Assembly (NCBI GenBank): GCA_035437825.1
Contig: DAOMYX010000008.1
Coordinates: 730-64,729 of the forward strand
Reading direction: 5' to 3'
From: Alphaproteobacteria bacterium
GTDB taxonomy: Bacteria; Pseudomonadota; Alphaproteobacteria; Micavibrionales; UBA2020
Length of the DNA stretch: 64,000 nucleotides
The translations under genes were made by a program, and so were the position numbers. Under the pieces are notes generated by a model, which made no database searches, was not told the DNA's origin, and saw nothing but the letters and a program-made list of their open reading frames with translations. Shown piece after piece: positions 11,917 through 20,005 of this stretch (positions are counted from its first letter, which is position 1; every line of letters starts with the position of its first letter).

Positions 11917-14136
11917 TTATCTCTTCCTTCCCATCGCTGTTGACCAATCGAGATTAGCTCCCAGCCTCAGAGCATTTGCCACAACACTAACAGAAGATAA
12001 AGACATTGCCGCTGCTGCAATCACAGGTGAGAGTAAAATGCCAAAGTATGGATAAAGCACACCAGCTGCGATGGGTACACCCACTGCATTATAGGCAAAA
12101 GCGAAAAACAGATTTTGCCGGATATTGCGCATTGTTGCACGAGACAGGCGAATGGCTCCGACAATGCCGTTCAGGTTACCCTTTAAAAGCGTAAGCCCTG
12201 CGCTTTCCATGGCAACATCTGTGCCGGTACCCATGGCAATACCCACATGAGCAGCCGCCAGCGCGGGGGCATCATTAACACCGTCGCCCACCATCGCAAC
12301 AACGGCGCCCGATTCACGCAATTGTTTGACGATCTTGCTTTTTTCTTCCGGCAAAACATCAGCGTGCACTTCGTCAATACCAAGTTTAACTGCAACGCTT
12401 TTGGCTGTTGTCGCGTTATCGCCCGTCAACATAACAATACGAAGCCCCGCTGCATGCAGAGCACGGATAGCAGATTCCGTTGTGTCTTTTATCGGATCAG
12501 AGACAGCGATAAGCCCTGCGATCTGTTGATCGACCGCCAGAAACATGGCTGTTGCGCCTTGCGTCCGCAAACGCTCGGCATCTTCCTTTAGGGCGGAAAT
12601 ATCTGCCCCGGCGGCTTCCATCATCTTGCTGTTGCCAAGTGCAATGGATTTTCCGCCCACATGCCCCTGCACCCCTTTACCTGTTACGGATTCAAAATCA
12701 GATGCTTTGGGCAGGTCTAACCCTTTCTCTTCTGCGCTGCGTACAATGGCTTCGGCCAGAGGGTGCTCGCTGCCTTTTTCCAAGGCGGCGGACAGTGTCA
12801 AAATATCACTGTCACTAAATCCATCCAGACTGACAACCTCAGTCAAGGCCGGACGCCCTTGTGTAAGTGTGCCCGTTTTATCGACCACCAATGTGTCCAC
12901 CTTCTCCAAAACCTCGAGACTGGCGGCATCTTTGATGAGAATGCCGGATTTCGCACCACGCCCGATGCCCACCATAATCGACATGGGCGTTGCAAGCCCC
13001 AGTGCGCAGGGGCAAGCGATAATCAATACACTCACCGCCGCAATGAGAGCATAGCTAAAGGCAGGAGAGGGTCCAAAGAGGAACCATGCTGCAAAAGACA
13101 TGACCGACACCAACATAACAATCGGTACAAACCATCCGGCAACTTTATCGGCCATGCGCTGAATGGGGGCGCGGCTGCGTTGTGCATCTGCCACCATCTT
13201 GACGATTTGCGACAGCATTGTATCCCGCCCGACTTTTTCAGCACGAATGGTCAAAGTACCATTTGCATTAACCGTCGCGCCGATCACATTTGAGCCTTTT
13301 GCTTTTTCAACAGGCATCGGCTCCCCCGTGACCATTGATTCATCAATCCGGCTTGTGCCTTCGACAACAACCCCATCCACAGGGATTTTATCGCCGGGGC
13401 GGATACGCAGAAGATCACCGACACTGATATCTTCAATCGCAATCTCTTTTGTTTCATCCTCGTCCGTCACCATATAGGCCGTTTTGGGTGCGAGCCCGAG
13501 CAACGCCTTGATCGCGCCGCCCGTGCGGGCGCGGGCTTTCAGCTCCAGCATCTGGCCTAAAAGCACCAACACCACAATCACGGCAGCAGCTTCAAAATAC
13601 ACGGGTACAACGCCTGTATCTGTCTTTACCGCATCAGGGAAAATGCCGGGCAGAAAGGCCGCTACCATACTGTATCCCCATGCAACCCCTGTGCCGAGTG
13701 CAATGAGCGTAAACATATTCAAGCTGCGGTTTACAACAGAAGACCAGCCGCGCTGAAAGAACGGCAGGCCTGCCCACAACACAACCGGTGTTGCAAAGAC
13801 AAGCTGAATCCATACAGATATTTCAGGCGAAATAAATTTATGCACACCGAATATATGTGATCCCATCTCGAGCGCAAAAACGGGAAGCGTTAACACAAGG
13901 CCCAGCCAGAAACGCCGTCTAAAATCTGTGAGCTCCGGATTTTCGCCTTCTTCGCCTGTGGACACGGCGGGTTCCAAAGCCATACCGCACTTGGGACAAG
14001 TACCGGGCCCTTGCTGCACGACTTCCGGATGCATGGGGCACGTGTACGTTACATCTTGTGGATCGACGCCCTTTGGCAGAGTAGTTTCTTTCTTATCTGC
14101 ATGATGATGATGTTGGTGATGACAGCATTCGGCCAT
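11917..14136 (-). CDS. copA: Copper-translocating P1B-type ATPase
   Basis: Motifs [17 protein letters not shown] and [10 protein letters not shown] are present. I prefer the start at the ATG at 14136 (AGGAGA RBS), which avoids overlap with csoR. The N-terminus is [12 protein letters not shown] plus [15 protein letters not shown]. Confidence 0.93.
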   Translation of the reverse strand: MAECCHHQHHHHADKKETTLPKGVDPQDVTYTCPMHPEVVQQGPGTCPKCGMALEPAVSTGEEGENPELTDFRRRFWLGLVLTLPVFALEMGSHIFGVHKFISPEISVWIQLVFATPVVLWAGLPFFQRGWSSVVNRSLNMFTLIALGTGVAWGYSMVAAFLPGIFPDAVKTDTGVVPVYFEAAAVIVVLVLLGQMLELKARARTGGAIKALLGLAPKTAYMVTDEDETKEIAIEDISVGDLLRIRPGDKIPVDGVVVEGTSRIDESMVTGEPMPVEKAKGSNVIGATVNANGTLTIRAEKVGRDTMLSQIVKMVADAQRSRAPIQRMADKVAGWFVPIVMLVSVMSFAAWFLFGPSPAFSYALIAAVSVLIIACPCALGLATPMSIMVGIGRGAKSGILIKDAASLEVLEKVDTLVVDKTGTLTQGRPALTEVVSLDGFSDSDILTLSAALEKGSEHPLAEAIVRSAEEKGLDLPKASDFESVTGKGVQGHVGGKSIALGNSKMMEAAGADISALKEDAERLRTQGATAMFLAVDQQIAGLIAVSDPIKDTTESAIRALHAAGLRIVMLTGDNATTAKSVAVKLGIDEVHADVLPEEKSKIVKQLRESGAVVAMVGDGVNDAPALAAAHVGIAMGTGTDVAMESAGLTLLKGNLNGIVGAIRLSRATMRNIRQNLFFAFAYNAVGVPIAAGVLYPYFGILLSPVIAAAAMSLSSVSVVANALRLGANLDWSTAMGRKR

Positions 14137-14179
14137 GTCTATTCTCCTATAATCGTGATTGCCATATCTGGCGCATCTG

Positions 14180-14494
14180 TTAATTGTCGGCTTCGTCGTA
14201 TTTGCTGAACAGTTTGACGATCTCTTCAATCTTCATGTCCTGTTCTACAGGATCAGACTGACGAAAAGTTTCACGCACGCATGATTGCAAGTGTGTGCGC
14301 AGAATGCGTCCCTCCAGCGTGCGTAAAGCAGACCGTGCGGCTTTCACCTGATTCAGGATATCGGGGCAATAGCGGCCCTCTTCGACCATCTTGCCGATTC
14401 CAGCCACTTGTCCGCCAATGCGGTTGATAAGCGGCATGACATCTGCGTGTTTTGGCGCATCATCTGCGCAATGATCACAATTTTCCAATTTCAA
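14180..14494 (-). CDS. csoR: CsoR/RcnR-family metal-sensing transcriptional repressor
   Basis: 104 aa. DUF156-type helices are present ([36 protein letters not shown]...HLQSC) with the Cys/His ligand pattern. It lies directly upstream of copA. Confidence 0.9.
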   Translation of the reverse strand: MKLENCDHCADDAPKHADVMPLINRIGGQVAGIGKMVEEGRYCPDILNQVKAARSALRTLEGRILRTHLQSCVRETFRQSDPVEQDMKIEEIVKLFSKYDEADN

Positions 14495-14501
14495 GGCCTC
14501 C

Positions 14502-14556
14502 TTGACAAATATACCCTATAGGGGTATTATATACTCTATGGGGGTATGCTTGTCAA
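14502..14556. promoter_or_regulatory. Divergent sigma70-like promoters overlapped by two CsoR-type operators
   Basis: Plus strand: TTGACA (14502-07), 17 nt, TATTAT (14525-30). Minus strand: TTGACA (14556-51), 17 nt, TATATA. The operators are ATACCCTATAGGGGTAT (14511-27) and ATACTCTATGGGGGTAT (14531-47). Confidence 0.7.
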
Positions 14557-14659
14557 GCCCACTCTCGCTTACAGAATGACTAACAACGCGCATAGCTGAA
14601 AAGTTGCCCGATTGAGGATTGGTTTGCGTCAAAAGATGATTCCGACTTAGAATGGAAAG

Positions 14660-15049
14660 ATGATGACACGTAAATGGATCAATTTTTTTGTGATACTGGC
14701 CTTCGTCTTAACGACGATGCCTACGCTGTCGCATGCCATGATGTCGCCATCTGCTACCGCATCAAAAGATAATACGATACATTCAAGCCAGGTCATGCAG
14801 GACTGCCATACCGATACACATACAAAAAAAACAACGAGTCAACCACAGCCGAGTAAATCCACAAAAAACAAATGCTGTGACAACGACTGCCAATGTTTTA
14901 CCGGTATGTGCAATGGCATTTCCAAAGTACTGGGCGCAACACCGTTTGCCATGCCCTTTCTGCCTCTCGCTGTTTATATGTCGGTCATGAGTGATAACAC
15001 TTTGTTATCAAGCTTCCAGTACCACATTAAACGCCCCCCTCGCGCCTAA
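14660..15049 (+). CDS. Small secreted Cys-rich protein, paralogue of 10633-10968
   Basis: It has a signal peptide, the motif NKCCDNDCQCFTGMC and a C-terminal IKRPPRA. It is the first gene of the pcoA operon. Confidence 0.6.
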   Translation: MMTRKWINFFVILAFVLTTMPTLSHAMMSPSATASKDNTIHSSQVMQDCHTDTHTKKTTSQPQPSKSTKNKCCDNDCQCFTGMCNGISKVLGATPFAMPFLPLAVYMSVMSDNTLLSSFQYHIKRPPRA

Positions 15050-15128
15050 ATCCTTTTTATGCTGAACGCTTATGCCAACATAAACGTTGGACTGCGTATA
15101 ATGACGCACTGCTTACAAAAAGGATTTA

Positions 15129-16952
15129 ATGATGAAGCCCCATTCTCTATGGATGGCCGCCGCACTGCTGGGGATATTTATATCCAGTCCGGCGTTTGCC
15201 AAAACAACCGAATATCACCTCACCATTGAACGTCAGCCCGTGAATATTACGGGCAAAACGATCAAAAAAATCACCGTGAACGGTACAATCCCCGGCCCAA
15301 CATTGCGCTTTACCGAGGGCGATGATGCGGTCATTCATGTCAAAAACAACATGAAGGAAGATACATCCATTCACTGGCATGGCCTTTTATTAGACGATTC
15401 CATGGATGGCGTGCCGGGCCTTGGCGGCTTTCACGGCATCAAACCGGGGGTGACATTTACGTATCGCTTTAAAATTCGCCAGACAGGTACTTATTGGTAT
15501 CACGCCCATAGCGCAGGGCAGGAACAAGACGGTCACTACGGCTCTATGGTGCTGCTGCCAAAAGGCAAAGATCCGGTGCGCGCTGACCGCGACTATGTTG
15601 TGCTTTTGTCTGACTACACAGATGAAGAATCAGACAGCATTCTGGCCAACCTGAAAATGTCTTCGGAGTATTACCAATACGCCCGCCGCACAGTCGGCGA
15701 TTTTATGGCCGATGTCAAAGAAGATGGATTCTCCAAAGCATGGAAGAACGCAAAGATGTGGGGACAGATGCGTATGCTGCCCACCGATCTGTCGGATGTA
15801 ACCGGATATACATTCCTGATCAACGGTAAAACACCCGCGCAGAACTGGACAGGTATTTTCAAACCAGGCGAGCGTGTACGACTGCGCTTCATCAACGCAT
15901 CTGCAATGTCTATCTACGACGTTCGTATCCCCGGGCTTAAAATGTCTGTGGTGGCAGCAGATGGGCAGAATGTAGAGCCTGTCAAAATCGACGAGTTCCG
16001 CTTTGGTGTTGCCGAAACCTATGACGTCGTCGTCACGCCGACAGAAGACAAAGCCTATACCATTGCGGCAGAACCGATTGACCGCACAGGCTTTGGTCTT
16101 GCAACCCTTGCACCCCGCGAAGGCATGCAAGGCACAAAGCCTATACAACGCCCTCGTGCGCTTCTGACCATGGCCGACATGGGCATGAACCATGACATGG
16201 CCGGTATGGATCACACCAAAATGGATATGTCCGGCATGAAGGACATGGACCATAGCAAAATGGATCATGCCATGCCCCAGTCCATTGGCGATGATTTCAA
16301 AACAGGCGTTACCGGCAGCGGCTGGGTGAAGGCAGGTGTTCCAGCAGGCGCAAAGGCACTGGAATATAAAGACCTCCGCTATCTTGGCATTCAAGAAGAT
16401 ACACGCCAGCCCGAACGGGAAATCGAGATTCGCCTTGGCGGTAACATGGAGCGTTACATCTGGACCCTGAATGGAAAAAAATATTCCGATGCAGGGCCGA
16501 TTAACCTCAATTACGGTGAACGTGTACGTTTGAAATTCATCAACGATACGATGATGGCACACCCCATGCATTTGCATGGCATGTTTGTACAGTTGGAAAA
16601 CGGGCAACCGATGGAGAAACTGCCGAACAAGCATACCGTCATTGTCGCACCGGGAGATACTTATTCGGTACTCCTCACCGCCGATGCTGCCGGAGAATGG
16701 GCGTTTCATTGCCACCTGCTCTACCACATGATGTCCGGCATGATGAATAAGGTTGTTGTTGCAAAATTAGACCCCAGCAAAGTACCTGCAAGAATGCCCC
16801 GTGCAAAGAAACCTGCTCAGAAAATGCCCGCCATGGATCATTTCAAAATGGATCACAGCGGCCATGATATGGGCAGCATGAAAATGGACATGACCGATAT
16901 ACCTGCGCAAACAGAGACAGACACGCATGGAGGAGAACATCATGCACATTAA
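15129..16952 (+). CDS. pcoA: Multicopper oxidase (CopA/PcoA type copper-resistance protein)
   Basis: 607 aa with a signal peptide. Copper-ligand motifs are present (HWHG, WYHAHS, HPMHLHG, HCHLLYHMMSGM). It has an internal Met-rich loop and a Met/His-rich tail. Confidence 0.93.
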   Translation: MMKPHSLWMAAALLGIFISSPAFAKTTEYHLTIERQPVNITGKTIKKITVNGTIPGPTLRFTEGDDAVIHVKNNMKEDTSIHWHGLLLDDSMDGVPGLGGFHGIKPGVTFTYRFKIRQTGTYWYHAHSAGQEQDGHYGSMVLLPKGKDPVRADRDYVVLLSDYTDEESDSILANLKMSSEYYQYARRTVGDFMADVKEDGFSKAWKNAKMWGQMRMLPTDLSDVTGYTFLINGKTPAQNWTGIFKPGERVRLRFINASAMSIYDVRIPGLKMSVVAADGQNVEPVKIDEFRFGVAETYDVVVTPTEDKAYTIAAEPIDRTGFGLATLAPREGMQGTKPIQRPRALLTMADMGMNHDMAGMDHTKMDMSGMKDMDHSKMDHAMPQSIGDDFKTGVTGSGWVKAGVPAGAKALEYKDLRYLGIQEDTRQPEREIEIRLGGNMERYIWTLNGKKYSDAGPINLNYGERVRLKFINDTMMAHPMHLHGMFVQLENGQPMEKLPNKHTVIVAPGDTYSVLLTADAAGEWAFHCHLLYHMMSGMMNKVVVAKLDPSKVPARMPRAKKPAQKMPAMDHFKMDHSGHDMGSMKMDMTDIPAQTETDTHGGEHHAH

Positions 16953-17673
16953 GCATTATATAACACTCATACTTATATCTTTTTCCCTTGCGATACCTGT
17001 CGTGGCATCCGCTGAAGAAAGAAACGATCACTCAAAAGAACACGGTGGACAGATTTTTCATGCCTTCCGCCTTGAGGTCGGCGGCGGTGGCACCACAGAT
17101 GGCGCAGCGACTGCCGATTGGGATTTTGATGGATGGATTGGCACGGACGAAAACAAGCTCTGGCTGAAAAGCGAAGGGGAGCGAACCGACAGCACAACAG
17201 AACAAGCCGAATTCTGGGCACTGTATAGCCGGAATATCGCCATGTTCTGGGATGCCCAAATCGGCATACGCTATGACGCGCAGCCGCAATCAACGGCTTA
17301 TCTCGCTCTTGGCTTTGAAGGACTAGCCCCCTATTTCTTTGAAACAGAGGCACATCTTTTTCTGAGCGAAGATGGCGATGTCAGTCTGCGGTTACGGCAG
17401 GAAAACGACTTCCTGATCACGCAGAGACTGATTACACAACCGTATCTGGAAGCAAACTTTTTTGCACAGGATGTGCCGGAGCTGGAAATAGGCGCAGGTA
17501 TTGCCAGTGCTGAAATTGGTATACAGACCCGGTATGAATTCACGCGGAAATTTGCACCTTATCTTGATATTAAATATGAACGCAAATTCGGTGAAACATC
17601 TTCTATCGCAAAAAATAATGGCGAAGATAACGATGCCCTTATCGGCACGTTTGGTCTTCGCACAATGTTTTAA
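16942..17673 (+). CDS. pcoB: Copper-resistance outer-membrane protein CopB/PcoB
   Basis: The start is the ATG at 16942 after a GGAGGAG RBS, overlapping the pcoA end. It has a signal peptide (MHIKHYITLILISFSLAIPVVASA). CopB-type motifs are present (DGWIGTDENKLWLKSEGE, C-terminal RTMF). Confidence 0.88.
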   Translation: MHIKHYITLILISFSLAIPVVASAEERNDHSKEHGGQIFHAFRLEVGGGGTTDGAATADWDFDGWIGTDENKLWLKSEGERTDSTTEQAEFWALYSRNIAMFWDAQIGIRYDAQPQSTAYLALGFEGLAPYFFETEAHLFLSEDGDVSLRLRQENDFLITQRLITQPYLEANFFAQDVPELEIGAGIASAEIGIQTRYEFTRKFAPYLDIKYERKFGETSSIAKNNGEDNDALIGTFGLRTMF

Positions 17674-17684
17674 GGACAGAAACA

Positions 17685-18326
17685 ATGAATATCGAAATCA
17701 TACCGAACTGGCATCCCGTATTCGTACACTTTACAATCGGGCTGCTCTCCTCTTCTACAATACTTCTCTTTTCGGGCGTTATTTTCTTTCGAAAGTCTTG
17801 GGCACAAAAGCTGCTTATTGCTGGTCATATCAACCTCTGGCTTGGGGCGGCTTTTACATGCGTTACGCTTCTGGCCGGTTGGCAGGCCTATAATACAGTG
17901 AGCCATGATGGCCCCTCACATGCCGCAATGACAGATCATCGTAACTGGGCTTTGGTGACAGCCACACTCTGGATGACATTGGCGGTCTGGGCTGCGTTCC
18001 GCTATCGGAAACAGAGCAGACCCACCAATCTCTTCCTCGCAGTCCTATGTACCGCAACGCTGCTTTTGGGCGTGACGGGTTACAAGGGCGGCGAAGCTGT
18101 CTATCGCTACGGATTAGGTGTGATGGCACTACCAGAAACATCCGGCGACGGCGGCCATGCAACTCACGATCACAGCGCGAGCGGTCATGAGGGCATGAAA
18201 CACGATACAGAAACGACCGACAGACATACGGATGCAGAAGAAAGCCACGCCGACCATGCCGGGCATGCAGAGCCTATTCCTGCGCCCGATACGACAGAGC
18301 AAGAACACCACAACCATCAACACTAA
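17685..18326 (+). CDS. DUF2231-type membrane protein with a His-rich C-terminal tail
   Basis: 213 aa with four TM helices (NWHPVFVHFTIGLL...). The tail is rich in H/D/E (HATHDHSASGHEGMKHD...EQEHHNHQH). Confidence 0.7.
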   Translation: MNIEIIPNWHPVFVHFTIGLLSSSTILLFSGVIFFRKSWAQKLLIAGHINLWLGAAFTCVTLLAGWQAYNTVSHDGPSHAAMTDHRNWALVTATLWMTLAVWAAFRYRKQSRPTNLFLAVLCTATLLLGVTGYKGGEAVYRYGLGVMALPETSGDGGHATHDHSASGHEGMKHDTETTDRHTDAEESHADHAGHAEPIPAPDTTEQEHHNHQH

Positions 18327-18346
18327 AACAGAAAAGGAAATATAAT

Positions 18347-18766
18347 ATGAAACATTTTATATTAACACTCGCCCTTATGGTCTTCTCCATCCCCGCCTTT
18401 GCGCAGGAGCATGCTGGCCATCATCCTGCGTCCATGCACCTCAAGCCCATTCAGGCTGAATATGTATGCATGATCAATAACCGCGCCTTCGACAAGCCGC
18501 AAATACCGACAGAGGTAGACGGCAAAACCTATTACGGCTGCTGTGCTATGTGCAAAGGCAAGCTAGAAAAGAGCGCCGCTGCCCGTACAGCAAAAGACCC
18601 GGTGAGTGGTCATGACGTAGATAAAGCCACCGCCATTATCGGCGCCGCTGAAGATGGCACCGTCTACTATTTCGAAACCGAAGAAAACATGCATGCTTTC
18701 ACACCCGCTAGCGATGCCCACCATGCAGAGCATGGTGATGAATCTATGCCCGATATGCAGCACTGA
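18347..18766 (+). CDS. Periplasmic YHS/TRASH-like metal-binding protein
   Basis: It has a signal peptide and the Cys pattern YVCM...YYGCCAMCKGKL, followed by a His-rich tail. Confidence 0.7.
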   Translation: MKHFILTLALMVFSIPAFAQEHAGHHPASMHLKPIQAEYVCMINNRAFDKPQIPTEVDGKTYYGCCAMCKGKLEKSAAARTAKDPVSGHDVDKATAIIGAAEDGTVYYFETEENMHAFTPASDAHHAEHGDESMPDMQH

Positions 18767-18771
18767 TAAAA

Positions 18772-18810
18772 AAGGGTGGGTTCCATTGAATGGAACCCAC
18801 CCTTTTTTTT
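18772..18810 (+). terminator. Intrinsic terminator of the pco operon
   Basis: GGGTGGGTTCCA-loop-TGGAACCCACCC, followed by T8. Confidence 0.8.
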
Positions 18811-18894
18811 ACTTGCAAACTTACACACTTTGTTACACACTTTTGCTGAGAGAGAAAATTAGACAAATAAAAACAGTAGGATAGCTTGCATATA

Positions 18895-18957
18895 CTAGTC
18901 TTGAAAACTAGCGTGGGGGTAACTCCACCGTGGGTTCGAATCCCACCCTGTCCGCCA
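18895..18957 (+). pseudogene. Truncated tRNA-Ser(UGA): anticodon arm, long variable arm, T arm, acceptor 3-prime strand and CCA only (probable att repeat)
   Basis: The parts read CTAGT-CTTGAAA-ACTAG, variable arm GTGG..CCAC, GTGGG-TTCGAAT-CCCAC, CCTGTCC-G-CCA. No D arm can be formed from the upstream sequence. Confidence 0.65.
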
Positions 18958-19118
18958 TTTTATAAGTAATACAGCAATTAATTGATACATTAAGCATTAC
19001 GCTACCCTGCGGGCATCATTCAAAAAATCACAAATCCAGCTATGGATTTTCGCTTTAAGCGCATCGTGTATTTTACGGTGCGCCTTAAACAGATCGGAAT
19101 CTGGATTGATTGCCATCG

Positions 19119-19856
19119 TTAATCTCCCACTTTAAAGTCGCCGCTATGCAACCCCAATGGCGCACCTCTTGAAATGCTCCCGCCATGCAAATACTTACCC
19201 TTTAAGACTTCGAGCCAAGGAAGCCATTTCTTGATTTCCTCTGTCGGCCCTTCGTGGGTCAATTTTATAGTTATGCGCTTAAGCAGAACGCCCTTGCCAA
19301 AGGCGTTCTCTAAGCTAACAATTAAATTTTCACAGCTAGATTGATCCGGCAGGCATGAAGAAACATCACGCGCAGTAATAACACTAAGAGGATCTTGCAA
19401 ATTTTTAAAAGTTATAAGGGTAGGATAACTTTTGACGGGCAAGAGCGCCTCGGCATCATTCTTGAGACTAGAGTAATGCCTTATTCCACAGCGGCTAACA
19501 TTGCCTTCCGGACAATGGCTCGGAAAAGCATTAAACATTGCCGCTATTCCATCATCCATCGAACTCCCAAGCGTTGCAAACAATATTCCACGTTGCCCAA
19601 GATCAACAACAATAGCTTCCCCCTCCTCCAGCCTCACATGCGTATCGTTTCCCTCTGCCAGCATTTCTGGCCGTGAAACCATAGAAATCTCTCTGACAGC
19701 AGACCCCGTCTTGATCCCCTCAGGGGTTTCAACCTCCACCGTCATCTTATAGCGGATTTTTGCGGAGGGATATTCCCCCGAAGAGCCCGCAACCGCACAG
19801 GCCGCCATCGACACACTCAAAACCAAAGAAGCCGCAAACATTACAAACCGTTTCAT
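19119..19856 (-). CDS. Hypothetical lipoprotein
   Basis: 245 aa with a signal peptide and lipobox (LSVSMAAC). I recognise no family. Confidence 0.6.
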   Translation of the reverse strand: MKRFVMFAASLVLSVSMAACAVAGSSGEYPSAKIRYKMTVEVETPEGIKTGSAVREISMVSRPEMLAEGNDTHVRLEEGEAIVVDLGQRGILFATLGSSMDDGIAAMFNAFPSHCPEGNVSRCGIRHYSSLKNDAEALLPVKSYPTLITFKNLQDPLSVITARDVSSCLPDQSSCENLIVSLENAFGKGVLLKRITIKLTHEGPTEEIKKWLPWLEVLKGKYLHGGSISRGAPLGLHSGDFKVGD

Positions 19857-20005
19857 GAAATCGCCCTCTCTAAAAATTTACCGTTAAAGGCTACATCAAA
19901 TCGTATTATTGCACAGCGGCAAATTACCTACCCTATTTTTAATTTAGGCTGTGTTTATTACTGTTTTGAATGTTCTATTTTGGGGGCAACCCCCGTCCGC
20001 CAATT

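Noticed and set aside
14137-14229. The 31-codon N-terminal extension of copA in the track (start at 14229)
   Set aside because: It would overlap the csoR 3-prime end by 50 nt and has no RBS. The ATG at 14136 has an AGGAGA RBS and begins the His-rich metal-binding leader.
18879-18957. Calling this a functional full-length tRNA-Ser
   Set aside because: Only 9 nt separate the putative acceptor 5-prime strand from the anticodon stem, so no D arm can form. I report it as a truncated relic or att repeat instead.
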